A stretch of DNA of 63,843 nt, the filler included, from Welwitschia mirabilis (Eukaryota): assembly GCA_051453625.1 (NCBI GenBank). It is 5 parts of one record of this genome, joined end to end, with 100 filler letters (N's around TTAATTAATTAA, not from the genome) between each part and the next. Parts side by side here need not be neighbours in the genome. Positions count along the whole stretch, not along the records: positions 30,586 to 53,707 come from JBOZIK010000001.1; positions 53,808 to 57,246 come from JBOZIK010000001.1; positions 57,347 to 61,101 come from JBOZIK010000001.1; positions 61,202 to 63,843 come from JBOZIK010000001.1; 1 more part is not named here. The stretch is one strand, 5' to 3'. Position 1 is the first letter of the stretch. Every line of letters begins with the position of its first letter. This document shows positions 52,124 to 63,843 of this stretch, piece by piece. The notes under the pieces are model-generated. The model worked only from the letters and a program-made list of their open reading frames with translations, was not told the DNA's origin and did no database searches. The position numbers were made by a program, and so were the translations under genes.

Positions 52124-53530
52124 TGGACATGGGGTCGATCGGATTACTATGACGGGTGACCGGACCTGTAGTCTACCGAACCTTGAGGGGTCGACCGGAC
52201 ATGGAGCCGTAAGAAATAGGGGTCTACTGAAAGAACATGAAGGCAACTGAATTCAGTAAAAGCACCAGATGGGGTGGACCGGACGTTTCGAGGGGTCGAC
52301 TGGTCATGACAAAATAGGATTTTTCAAGCCATTATGGACCCATTTTTTGTCCGTTGGAGAGTCTTTTCACTTGTAAAAACCCTAAAAAGTTTCTCCTATA
52401 TATTTGCCAAGAGTCAAAATCACTACACCACTTTGGAATCATAGTGAAATCACTGTTGAACTCATTGGCATATTCTCTACCTGACCAAAGACGAACCGAG
52501 AGTTGTTATCAATTTGTACTTGGTCAAGTCAGTTACACTGTATGCTTGTGGATCGTACCATCTTCTCAAACAATGTAGCAATACTATTCTTGGGCTAGAG
52601 ATCTGTTAAAACCTGTGCATTACGACACACCATTGTCACCGCTTCACATTCTTACTAAAAGTTGAGACTAAGCAATCCAATTGTAAAGGTCACAAGTGAA
52701 CCTGGAATACCTAGAAAGAGATTAACGAAGATCCAGGTCAGACTTGGGTAGAGGCTGATTGCCGAGAGTGGAGTAGGAGGTTTTCCCAAGCCACTATAAA
52801 TCTTGTGTGTATCCTCATCGGTAGTTTTATGCTTTCTGTTCTTTATTTTTCAGAATAGTTTCAGTGTTCATTTGCACAAATGTTTTAGTGTTTATTTTGT
52901 GTGGAGGTATTTTCTATGAATTTATTCTATTATTTTTTAAATCCTATTCACGCAATCCCCCCCCCTCCAACCAACTCTAAGGTTCTCAATCCTTTACTTG
53001 GTATCGGAGCTTGGTAGAGTCCCTGTTAGATCCTAACAGGTCTAGACTCCGAGTAAACCTTCAGATGGATTTTCTACTGATCGTCCACCAATGTTTGATG
53101 GGTCAAACTATGCCTATTGGAAACCCCGTATAAGATTTTTTCTCAGATCCCTAGATGCAAAAATAGATGAGATCATTTACAATGGTTACACTGTGCCCAC
53201 TCTGGCTAAAACTGATGCCCATGGAAACACTATTGGGGTACCAAAAACTCGAGATCAAGGGACCACCACTGCTAGATCCAAAGCTACTATAGACGCTCGT
53301 GCTCTTAATGCAATTTTTTGTGCAGTTTGTGCAAATGATTTCAAACGAATCGTAAACTGTGAACATGCAAAAGAAGCTTGGGACATCCTTGAAATAGCAC
53401 ATGAAAGGACATCCACTGTGAAGCAGGCCAAACTTCAGATGCTCGCTTCCAAGTTCGAAGACATTTATATGGACGAGAAGGAGACACTATAAGAATTCTT
53501 TGCCAGACTAACAGACATCGTAAACAATGA
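52124..53530 (+). mobile_element. 5'-truncated LTR + PBS + gag start of the first Sirevirus-like family
   Basis: 52124-52996 matches 46834-47649. PBS TGGTATCGGAGC at 52999-53010. Gag ORF 53091-53492 (MFDGSNYAYWKPRIRFFL...AKEAWDILEIAHE) is homologous to the gag starting at 13700. Confidence 0.85.
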
Positions 53531-53707
53531 TTAAAATGTCGGCAAATTAAAATGTCGGCAGGCTTAAAAAGTCGTATCGGGGAGACATGTCGCCATTGTG
53601 TCGGCAAAATGTCGGCGCAAAATGTCGGCATTTATTTTTCTCAAAAAAATACAAAGCTTATTAATTTAATAAGATGTGCAATCAATCAATGCTCTACTAG
53701 CAAAAAT
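53525..53707. mobile_element. End of a probable non-autonomous DNA transposon truncating the gag
   Basis: Abrupt switch at CAATGATTAAAATGTCGGC, with five clustered TGTCGGC subterminal-type repeats. The other end is lost in the linker. Confidence 0.45.
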
Positions 53708-53807
53708 NNNNNNNNNNNNNNNNNNNNNNNNNNNNNNNNNNNNNNNNNNNNTTAATTAATTAANNNNNNNNNNNNNNNNNNNNNNNNNNNNNNNNNNNNN
53801 NNNNNNN
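53708..53807. other. Artificial assembly linker
   Basis: N44-TTAATTAATTAA-N44. Confidence 0.95.
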
Positions 53808-54166
53808 CTTAAGGCACCCTTACCATCAGAATCTTCTACTCTTGTATTGCTTTGAGGCTTGTTGAAGCAAGCTTGTGATTCCCAAGACAAGGGAATTGAT
53901 TGTAACCCTGAGGAAGGGAGTTGCCCGAAGAGATTGGGTGTTTTGATAAGGGAACCAGGAGACTGAAAGCAGGTTACTGCCCCCATGAGTGGAGTAGGCA
54001 AAGATTGCCGAACCACTATAAATCTGATGCATAGATCATTATTTGTTTTCTTGATTATTTTTGTGCATCATTTTAGTTGTGAAGTTTCTGTTATATTTAT
54101 CGTTTGCAATAAGTTTCAAGATTATCCTATTCATCCCCCCTCTAGGGTGCTTCTACGATCATAACA
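53808..54166 (+). mobile_element. 3' (R-U5) end of a Sirevirus-like LTR
   Basis: GTGGAGTAGG...CCGAACCACTATAAA and CCTATTCATCCCCCCTCTAGG..CA motifs. Confidence 0.7.
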
Positions 54167-54379
54167 GTAGGGACTAATATTTTCACTTCATTCATAATGC
54201 TAGGCTTGCAACCAAGTCGTGAGGGAACAGGAGTGCGGAATAAGGATATTCATGAGGGGACCTGAAAAAATTTATACTACGTAGTTTTATTCTTGCACTC
54301 TTCCATTCCTTTCTTTCAGTAATCTTCTATCTACATATCAAATTTGGAAATCTATTTGTAATTTTTTGCTTGCTTTATA

Positions 54380-55330
54380 CAAGTTGTAGACCATATAGGA
54401 AAAAAAATTTCATTGCTCTATAGCCAAGGGGTGTAGTACCTCCAAGGAAACGACCCCCATTAGTTTTCATGTTGCCTCCTAAAAAGAAGTGTTTATCCAT
54501 TCAATTGATTCCTCCAGTCATGTTACAAGCATGATTATTTGTTATCATTGTTTAAGGATATCTCATGTTTTGTGGGGGCTAGAGATGTGATCCAAATCAG
54601 TGTAGCAAGACTCGCGGCGAATTTGTGAGTACTCATCACATCGCGAATTAATCATCACTATTGAGTTTATGACACAGGAACTCGTTGAGTCTGAGTTTTG
54701 TCATAAGACTCACAAATCTAGGTGAGTCTACATGAGTCTTTGCAACTATTCCTAGGTTTGTGCAAGTCTTCCCAAGTCTATCCTGAGCCCATGCCGAGTC
54801 AGCTCCTGAGTGGAACCGAGTCCCCCCCCAAGCCAAATGAGGTGCCAAGTCCGAGTCTTCCTACAATCGAGTGAATAATTCTAAACAATGCTTCTAACTT
54901 TGTGAAGGTGGGAAACAAGTTATTCATTGCCTCATTTAGTCATTATTATTTTCGTTATCGAGTAATTGAGTTTCTTATTTTTTGTACAGATTGTTTTCAA
55001 GAGGATAACCTTTAAACTCTTTAATTAGTTAATTCCTCATTCATTTAACCAATATGGGAGCAGCTGTGAATGGTAAATTCTTCTATATTCACACAATTGT
55101 TTTAAGCTATGTTAGAGAGTAGACAAAAGGTAAAGACCTTGTGCCACAAGTTTTGCTACCCACTTTCTGATGTTTAAAAGTTTGGAATGGCTTGCAAGCA
55201 TTTGGCGCAGATGAATGGCAATCTGGATAAAGATTTACAACAATATTGTTATTCCTTAAATGGAAAGGAGGTGCAAGAAATGGTCTATGACAATTCTTTT
55301 TGAAGCAAAGTGGGAGAGGCAATAAAGGTA
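54380..55330 (+). mobile_element. hAT transposase remnant with a GAGTC/GACTC-rich MITE-like insert (about 54598-54890)
   Basis: RPCATSFATHFLMFKSL at about 55135-55185 resembles the hAT motif RPxxTRFAT. Stops are present. Confidence 0.55.
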
Positions 55331-55427
55331 ATAAGTTTTTACTTTTTATTTAGTATATCTTAACACTTTATGAAATTTTCATTTCATGAAAGTGATAGTA
55401 ATATCTCTTTCTTTGTGCAAATTTCTA

Positions 55428-57246
55428 TGTTGAAAATGAAGCCAAATTTAGTTAATGTTATATTTTAACATGGACCCCTCTTTTTTGTAATTTTGTAAAA
55501 ATGAGATTACAATATTGACTCCCTTTGGGTATTTTACTTAAATTAAAAGTAAAAAGGGGAAGAGAAGTGTGTAGGCATTAAAACCCCAACCCTAACTCTT
55601 AACACTATTTAGGAGGGTTAGCAAGTAATATTTTGGTATGCTAGTTTTTACTCCCGAAAGATGAATAAGAACTCTAAACTGCTTCCTGTGGTTTTCTCCC
55701 CTGCATTGGGGTTTCCACATAAATCTTTGTCTCATTGCTTCTACTCTTTTCTGCATCACTACATTTTTGTTTAACAACTGGTATCAAAGCGAGATTCAAA
55801 GTGCTATTCGTTTGAATCTTCTTTGCCATGCAGCTAACTTTCAAGCTTAAGATCAACAAGCAGNNNNNNNNNNNNNNNNNNNNNNNNNNNNNNNNNNNNN
55901 NNNNNNNNNNNNNNNNNNNNNNNNNNNNNNNNNNNNNNNNNNNNNNNNNNNNNNNNNNNNNNNNNNNNNNNNNNNNNNNNNNNNNNNNNNNNNNNNNNNN
56001 NNNNNNNNNNNNNNNNNNNNNNNNNNNNNNNNNNNNNNNNNNNNNNNNNNNNNNNNNNNNNNNNNNNNNNNNNNNNNNNNNNNNNNNNNNNNNNNNNNNN
56101 NNNNNNNNNNNNNNNNNNNNNNNNNNNNNNNNNNNNNNNNNNNNNNNNNNNNNNNNNNNNNNNNNNNNNNNNNNNNNNNNNNNNNNNNNNNNNNNNNNNN
56201 NNNNNNNNNNNNNNNNNNNNNNNNNNNNNNNNNNNNNNNNNNNNNNNNNNNNNNNNNNNNNNNNNNNNNNNNNNNNNNNNNNNNNNNNNNNNNNNNNNNN
56301 NNNNNNNNNNNNNNNNNNNNNNNNNNNNNNNNNNNNNNNNNNNNNNNNNNNNNNNNNNNNNNNNNNNNNNNNNNNNNNNNNNNNNNNNNNNNNNNNNNNN
56401 NNNNNNNNNNNNNNNNNNNNNNNNNNNNNNNNNNNNNNNNNNNNNNNNNNNNNNNNNNNNNNNNNNNNNNNNNNNNNNNNNNNNNNNNNNNNNNNNNNNN
56501 NNNNNNNNNNNNNNNNNNNNNNNNNNNNNNNNNNNNNNNNNNNNNNNNNNNNNNNNNNNNNNNNNNNNNNNNNNNNNNNNNNNNNNNNNNNNNNNNNNNN
56601 NNNNNNNNNNNNNNNNNNNNNNNNNNNNNNNNNNNNNNNNNNNNNNNNNNNNNNNNNNNNNNNNNNNNNNNNNNNNNNNAACCAAATCTGATATCGGCTT
56701 TGAGGAATGGCCAAAACATTTGATGCTTCATAGTGTTCTTTTGCAAGTCCGATATCGCTCAAAATGAAACAATTGCAAAGGACAAATCGCTTAACTAGTC
56801 CAAAAATTTGGATGTTTAGAAGATCTTGATGGAAGACATCCTGTATCAATAGGCATGTAAAATCGTTCTGAAAATAAAGGATCAAGCGAAGGAAGATTTA
56901 GAGATGGACGATGCAACATGACAATCCTGTATGACAAATATTAAATGGGATAGACCAAATTCTACTGTCCTTCATTCACCCTTGTCTCAACAACAGCATT
57001 CTGAAGGCCCATTCTAGGGTTTTGAAAGTGCAAGAACTCTAGCAAAAATTGAAGGATCAGTACAATCAACCATCTATAATAAATTGGTATGTAGTCCTTA
57101 GTCACGCCTTTACAACAAAGATGGAGGAGGGAGGAAAACTCCTAAGTCATCTAGACGAAATGCACATTATTGCAATCCTGATTTCATTACCTCTTGGTCC
57201 AATGTGGTAACTCCAATCCTTACATCTACTAGTTAGAACATTTTGA
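55428..57246 (+). mobile_element. Copia element 5' part: LTR (about 55428-55776), PBS, gag remnant
   Basis: TG..CA followed by TGGTATCAAAGC at 55779-55790. Gag-like fragments (RLYNKDGGG, cf. LYxLKMxEG) near 57100-57135. Confidence 0.65.
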
Positions 57247-57346
57247 NNNNNNNNNNNNNNNNNNNNNNNNNNNNNNNNNNNNNNNNNNNNTTAATTAATT
57301 AANNNNNNNNNNNNNNNNNNNNNNNNNNNNNNNNNNNNNNNNNNNN
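57247..57346. other. Artificial assembly linker
   Basis: N44-TTAATTAATTAA-N44. Confidence 0.95.
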
Positions 57347-57889
57347 CTTCAGATCTGCCTTTGCTTGTGCTTTCGTCTTTAGAGCAAGCTTACATCCCTT
57401 TTGCTGCAGAATGTCTTCCATCAGGATTTTCCACACACCCCAATTTTCTGGGCCCAAGAGTTTGTACATTGTTTGCAAACGCTCCATTTGAAACCCTAGC
57501 AACAAGAAAGTACTTCGAACCTCGCTCTGATACCATTTGTTACAAAGCCGAACAACAAGAAAGTACTTCAACAAAATGGGGTAGCATGCACACAACAGAA
57601 ACAACACAAATTTACATGGTTCTAGCTCCTTTTACCCTACATCCACGAGAAGCAATGCAGAGCTCTATTCATTGATAAGGAGCAAAAAATGTGTCCAGAT
57701 ACAACAAACAACCCTCTAACATGTTTATATAGCCCTAGGGTTAGGGTTACAAGCCAATCCCCTTTTACAACTTAATAGGGGTCAATGTTAAAACATAGCA
57801 TTACAATATAAAAAATATATTTGACTTCACATATCAATAGTGAAGTGGTCTTGGCACCAATCGAATGGAATAACCCCACCATGCCAACA
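57347..57889 (-). mobile_element. Copia element 5' end: LTR 57538-57889, perfect Met-tRNA PBS, gag start
   Basis: TGGTATCAGAGC on minus at 57524-57535, followed by MERLQTMYKLLGPENWGVWKILMEDILQQKG (Copia gag N-terminus). Confidence 0.8.
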
Positions 57890-57899
57890 ACCATCTAGT

Positions 57900-58900
57900 G
57901 TAGATAAAAATTGAAGACTAGGACATGCAAAGGTTGTCTAAGCTCTAAAAGAAAAAGGCCTTTTGAAGTGACAAAAGATATCAAGCACTCCCTGAGCCAT
58001 CACATATATCACCTTAGCTTTCCCTCTTTAATATATGTCTCTTTCTCAAATACATGCAGCCTTATGTCCTTTCTAGTTTATTTTAAAATAAGGATTGTTT
58101 ATCATTAACATCAAGTCCTCTAGCAAACTTTCACATACATGGCAATCCTAGAAGTCCTAAGGTTATCATTAAGGTGCAAGAGGACATTAAGCCTCACAAG
58201 AGCTAGGTAATGCTCTTAAGAATAACGAATCTTATTTCTTTAAACCTAGTCCTTACGTTTTCTCACACTATCTCGAACTTAACACCTTAGTGATGGGAGT
58301 CTTGGATACAAGATGAAAAACCTTGAGAAAAGAAGGAAATTAGCCAATAGACTCAAGTCTCCTAATCATAGTGGACAAAAAAGGTCTAAGAAATTATTAT
58401 GAATTAACCCCTAGAAAATCAACTTAGAGGGTTGGTGAAAGTACCAACAAGTAGAGTTCTGACAACAGACAATACCATGAGGGTTCTATGATCAAAAGTA
58501 GTCGTATTGTACAATAACTTAACGCAATAGAAACATCATGGACACCAAACATCAATTACCATTTGAATAAGGTAACGTCGAGTACATGTATTACTCTGTC
58601 TATGTATGAGCCATCATTACGAAATACGATTCTATAGCAACAAGAGTACATGTTCTCTAAAATTTGTGTAGAAGTGCCCTTGAATCTCTGTAATGACACT
58701 TCACGTCCTTTTCCCACCAACCCTAGTAAGTATGATTCTCCTAAGAATTTTGGAGAAGGGATTGGTTTGAAAAGGAAGACAACTCATCTTAAAGAGATAG
58801 AGGATTTGCAAGACCATAAAGTATCAGTTAACAATCAAAAGGCAAAGAGACTAGCTCCAAGTCCGCACTAGCTAACAAAGATTGGCATAAACCAGTGGTG
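57900..58900 (-). mobile_element. Degenerate Copia integrase-region remnant
   Basis: Weak fragments such as VVRTLLV..FLG and MIRRL..PRLPSLR, in integrase-like order. Confidence 0.3.
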
Positions 58901-59562
58901 AGGAAATGCTAGGTGAGGTCAATAGGAAAAGGTCATAAGTTCAAGTCTTTAAAAAGAAGTCTTGATGTTCGAATTTCCTTCTAAATCTATTCTATGATTG
59001 CATTGTTTATGCCTCAGCCACTACAGAACCGAGTTTGCAAACTGCTCTACAAATTGATATTAAAAAGAAAGGGAAAAAAAGTAGGCACTAGCTCATTAAT
59101 TTTTTCATCAAAAAGACTTACACTAACAAATTGATTCCTATTTCACTTACAATAACATAGACCATGTAAACCAAGTTATGCAAAATCTGAAAGCCTAAAG
59201 CCACCATAGTAGTAGCAAAAAAAGTTAGCAATTCTTTTTAGTCTGCACAAAAGGTTTCCATCAAGTAACAAGCAACCTTCAAGTGTTATCCAATATTATT
59301 GAAAAGTTCTCCAAAATGACCACAAATTTCAAGATCAAGAATACTAAATAAGGAAGCGGGTTTCAAAGCAAGAAATATGTTTAGGAAAAGCTAGCTTACG
59401 AACATAGTTTAGATCTCCTTAGTATGTACGTGTTTTCCACTATCAACAAGATTGTTAAACAACAGATCGGTGAAGATCTGGACAATCTTTTTCTTGAAAA
59501 GTATGCACATAAACAACTGAAGTACTTCTATTTGTATCTACATTGAACCTTGATGCAAATTT

Positions 59563-61101
59563 GTTAGAATCTAACAATATAGTCCCAACACGCCATGATA
59601 GAGTGAACAAGTCAAAAGGAAGTCCATCTAAGCTTGCAAAACCCTAAGGCGCACTACAAGCCAAGGTGAAGAATTGCAAGGAATACAAGGAACTAATAAA
59701 ACAGAAGCTCCAAGAATTGTAAACCAACTTCTTTGCAGAAAAAGCCAAATGCACCCATAGGTTCAAAACCTCTAGGAAGGAAGAAGGAAGACAAGGAACC
59801 TATTACGACTTTAAGTCGCGAAAATGTAAAAACATGACCGAAAAGAACACCACAGATTCACGTGGAAAATCCAAATCTAAGGAAAACTCACAAGAACATG
59901 TAAAGCTCTCAATGATCAACCAAGACTATTAAACCCAAGGACACGAGTCATCTTTAATAACTCGAGTAGGGCATCAAATACGCAATGACAACTCATAGAC
60001 ACGACCATAATCACAAGCCCTAGAACACACTAGAATGCCTTCCCTCTTCCCTACGCAAACCTTATATAGATTTCCATTAGGGTTACAACCCTAATCTGAA
60101 ATTGACTTACCATAAATAATAAGTTTTAACTTTACATACAATAAATGTAAAGTTACGCCTTTAGTAACAATTCTTTCCTTTTTTCTTTTTTTTCCTTTTG
60201 TTATTTTTTTTATTTGATAACTAACACGTCGACTCTAACAATAAAGAATAAGAAATAAAAGGACAATTTGGCTTTGCTATTTAACAATTCTCCACTTTGA
60301 AGACAAATCTAACGAACCTTCAAAGAGACAAGAGACACAGCATTCCCATGCCTATTGCTTACATCACAACTATCCCAAGTTGTTCTTTGCAAAAGTCATG
60401 TTTCTCCACTATAACCACCTTTGTTATAAAATCAGCAACATTCCTTTTTGTATGTATGTTTTGAATATTCACTTCTCATTCATCCATGATTTCTCTAATA
60501 GAGTGGAACTTGACATCACTGTATTTTGTCCTCCTATAACATGTCAAATTCATTGCTTCAAAAAAAAGGGCACTTTGACTATCACAAACAGTAGAGTACT
60601 ACATCTGCTTTAGCCGCAAAAAAAAGAAACACGTATAACCACAATGTTTCTTTACAAGTTTTTGCTCAAGCTAAATATTATGCTCCAATGGTTAACAATC
60701 TTATCAAGGGTTGGAACCTTGACAACCAGATGATTTCCACTCAAAACAACACAAAGGTATAACCTATTATAAATCCTTTTGACTCCTAATCACCAGTGAA
60801 TATTGGATCCACAAAACCGTAAACATTTGAGGCACCACCACCAAAGCACAAACCTTTGTTTGTGGTACCCTTCAAGTACCTTAAAATCCACTTTACCACC
60901 AATCCATCCAATGATCCTAGCCATAATTTCTCATGAAGCTACTTACAACTTCCATCGAATATCCTAAGCCTAAACAAGTACAAACCATAGCATACATCAA
61001 GGAACCTAGTGCTAATGTACATTGCACATTTTCCACCTTTTAAGCCTCCTATTTTGGCTATGGATGATACTGTTTTGATAGCTGCAAATGAGAAGCCTAT
61101 G
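59563..61101 (-). mobile_element. Copia element 3' part: RT/RNase H remnant, PPT and 3' LTR (about 59563-60286)
   Basis: ALGSLMYAMVC (about 61012-60980) and VVKWILRYLKG (about 60899-60867). PPT AAAGTGGAGAAT at 60287-60298 next to the LTR TG start. Confidence 0.75.
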
Positions 61102-61201
61102 NNNNNNNNNNNNNNNNNNNNNNNNNNNNNNNNNNNNNNNNNNNNTTAATTAATTAANNNNNNNNNNNNNNNNNNNNNNNNNNNNNNNNNNNNNNNNNNN
61201 N
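61102..61201. other. Artificial assembly linker
   Basis: N44-TTAATTAATTAA-N44. Confidence 0.95.
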
Positions 61202-63843
61202 TCAGGACCCTTTACTCCAATGTTTGCATCCTTTGATCGAGAGTCTAGATCCTCTGGTCTAGTGTCTAAATACCTTAGTTCACAAAACCTCTAATGATTT
61301 CGGTAGTCTATACCAGAAGGGCCTATATCTACTCAAGAGTAACACCAACCACAGGTCTTTGTACTTGAGGTTACTCTACCTCTCCTAGTACCTGTATGCC
61401 CATATCCTACAAATAGTGAGTGGAATCTGGATATGAGATAAATGCTACTCATCCATTAGATCTGATAACCAAAATCATCTGAAAAAAGCTAAGGGAAGGC
61501 ATGGATAATTCAGAGTCTGTAGCTGTCATGCCTCAACCATAGATCTAAGTCTTCTTCAAATAAATGTGGATAAGTTTATTTGCTCTCCTTGTCNNNNNNN
61601 NNNNNNNNNNNNNNNNNNNNNNNNNNNNNNNNNNNNNNNNNNNNNNNNNNNNNNNNNNNNNNNNNNNNNNNNNNNNNNNNNNNNNNNNNNNNNCTCCTCC
61701 AAATAAATGTGGATAAGTCTATTTGCTCTCCTTATCTGAAAGCTGCGAGTATCTGAAGATGTATGACCATGGTGTAACTATCATGAAATAATTGACTAAT
61801 GTTATGGATCAACCCGATGTGAAGCACTCTATATGTGAGGGTCAACTATGTGATAAGAACTTCCGCCTATCTGTCATCAAGTGTGCTAGAATATCTAATG
61901 TAGCACCATATGCACGATGCTCCTAAGTCCCTCTAGTTGAATGAATATCAACACTTCCAAGCCCAATGTGAAATGGGAAGATTGCAATCTCGTGGTCATA
62001 AATGTAAGTGATAATTATATCAACTAGCTGACTACACGAATCTGACCGATATTCTATATGCATGGTGTCATAGAACTTCCTTATATCTAAGACATAGTAT
62101 AACCCATACGCATCTGTAATCCAATGGAGCTAGAGATCTGTGAGTCTTTGATTAAGCTCAAGATCTATCTAGCTCATGAAATCTCCAAAGTATCTCTCAA
62201 CATGAATACTAGCTATCTGAATCATTAAGGATTGTCCGTGTCAATATGGTTGATGTACTGGCTCTGCATGCTTTACCTCTAGTAGTACTAACAGGCCTGC
62301 ATCCTTCTCTACGGCTTTAGTCTCAGCCTAAACCTATTTAGATCTATGTGTATGGGGCTTACTCAATCGAAAATACACAAAAAATGTCACACAGGAATGG
62401 GTAGATATGTTAAATACGTCACATAGATGCATAATAACAATCCAAAAATCGATATAAAAAAAGGATAAAAATATGTTTTACCTTCCCTTCCTTCTAAAAA
62501 TTGCAATACATTCCAGATTACCTATATATGAGAAGAAAAATGCAAAATGCTCAAAAAATTAAAAAGCAGTTTTTAAAGAGGGCTTCACATATGGTAAAAA
62601 TTAAAAGTGCTTAAATGAAAAATCTAATTAGGTAGAATAGTAGAACACATCAAACTGATCAATTTTGCCTAAAGTACCATAATGTTTCGACCTACAGTTT
62701 GTAAGAAAACAAGTGTGAAAGATGGAAAGTCAAAAGTTCCTTATAAAACACACAACTAATCATAACTTGCAAAATATGTGAAATTGAAATCCGTAAGTTT
62801 CAAATCAAAGAGAGCAAAAAGTTGATAAACATACATGAAAACTATACGTCAAAAGGTTGAAAAAGAGGAAAAAATTGAAAAATAAAAGGGAGAGAAAAAC
62901 ATACCTCATTTTGAAAAATTTGATCAAAACTTAGCAATCTGGATACAAAATCAAGTAGGACAAGATCCAAGATGCTAGCAGAATCTATAGGGGCTGTCAT
63001 CTCTCGAAGGAATGGGAAGAAATGACAAGGAAATGAAGAAAAATCAAGAAAAAGGATTTGAGCTACGGTTTTATCGCACTATCATCCAGTCATGACAATA
63101 GCTCTAGAATGATTCTCAGAAAAATTAGACTGTCATCCCCTTAGTATCATCTGGACGACTGGTGGATGACAAGACACCAAAAAGTTTTACAAAAAGAAAG
63201 ATGTCAGCCAAGAGAATTAGGCTTATATATAAGCATCAAAGTATTATATTTTATCAGAAAACTTAGAAAAAATAAGAAATGAGAAAGAAAACCATGAAAA
63301 TCGAGATGAAGCAGAAAAACTTAAAATTAAAAAAAAATTTAAGGCTAAATAAAATAAACTAACTAGGATGAAATCTAACAATGAAAACTAAATGAATGTG
63401 GTTGAACTAAAAAGTAAAACAAGAGAAAACACAAAACTCCAAAAGGGCATCTCATAAAAGCTGTGAAATGAAAAGACGCTCTGATGAATTCAAATGCTAA
63501 CTGAAAATGAATGAACATGAATGAATAGTAGGAAAACTACTAAATGATAAGGTCATATGTAAGAATGAGAAAACGTGAAAATAACTTTAAAATAACAAAC
63601 TAAAAAACCAAAGAAAAACAAAATGAAAATGGACACAAGAAACAAGGAGAAGATTGCTTACTTATGCTAAAGTCTAACCTAGTAAACTCCCAAGGAAGAG
63701 ACCATAAAGCCACATGAGTAAAAATGCATGACAAAGTGTATAAATTCTATAAAGTTCCACTTGAAAAAGTAGTGATTATGGTGATACCAAAACTCAGGTG
63801 CTTAGAGCTATGTATGACATGATCAAAAGCTACTCAAAAATGA
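61202..63843 (-). mobile_element. Probable Gypsy-derived sequence: decayed accessory ORF (about 61202-62350) and A-rich untranslated or LTR-like region
   Basis: Coding-like composition with many stops. The 63050-63180 GTCATCC/GGACGAC motifs resemble 33700-33800. No diagnostic domain. Confidence 0.3.

Larger units (their letters stand above)
35230..59477 (-). pseudogene. Unidentified multi-exon gene, probably a pseudogene; candidate exons 59477-59400, 59319-59277, 59046-58978, 44120-about 44071, 43289-43188, 43000-42910, 35477(or 35486)-35230
   Basis: The exons chain in consistent phase: IFTDLLFNNLVDSGKHVHTKEI*TMF|SFWRTFQ*YWITLE|EQFANSVL*WLRHKQCNHRIDLE|DADITRVEYSKSLYIL|AATHLRLLQGVPLLFQRVKKSGFI*SINDLGKRH|EIVQSSHAGATQGSTTTLLSSRPSQQPKHR|VHGMQYIVNAPF...SSAGFQQ*. 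The last three exons have clean AG/GT sites. One acceptor and two donors upstream are non-canonical. The 5' start was not found, and the model crosses two assembly linkers. Confidence 0.55.

Noticed and set aside
58978-59046. Alternative frame AVCKLGSV suggesting a PAN3-like protein
   Set aside because: That frame has more stops, breaks phase with neighbouring exons, and the other exons show no PAN3 motifs.
62482-62521. AG/GT-bounded 40-nt segment (VIWNVLQFLEGRE) as a further upstream exon of the pseudogene
   Set aside because: Its end phase does not match the 59477 exon, it lies beyond a linker and it is embedded in TE-like sequence.

Overview
AT-rich, repeat-dense plant nuclear DNA from a gapped assembly. 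Four artificial 100-bp contig linkers (N44-TTAATTAATTAA-N44) split it into five segments. One intact protein-coding gene is supported: a 6-exon histidine phosphotransfer protein (AHP/HPt, cytokinin two-component relay) on the minus strand at 17852-18903 (166 aa). It keeps the phospho-acceptor His, but the near-invariant Lys three residues later is Thr (HQFTGSS instead of HQ[L/F]KGSS), and it has a basic C-terminal extension. A second, unidentified multi-exon gene on the minus strand (about 35230-59477) looks pseudogenised: four in-frame stops that could each derive from a Gln codon by C>T, some damaged splice sites and very large TE-filled introns. The rest is mostly nested LTR retrotransposons: an Athila-like Gypsy whose 3' LTR is split by a Sirevirus-like Copia, further LTRs of that family (one solo LTR with a perfect TSD), a TR-GAG-like non-autonomous element with TSD inside an old Copia pol, and a second Sirevirus-like family with tandemly re-duplicated LTR/PPT blocks. 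There are also LINE and hAT remnants, microsatellites and a decayed U6 snRNA copy. All calls come from reading the sequence by eye; no database search was run.
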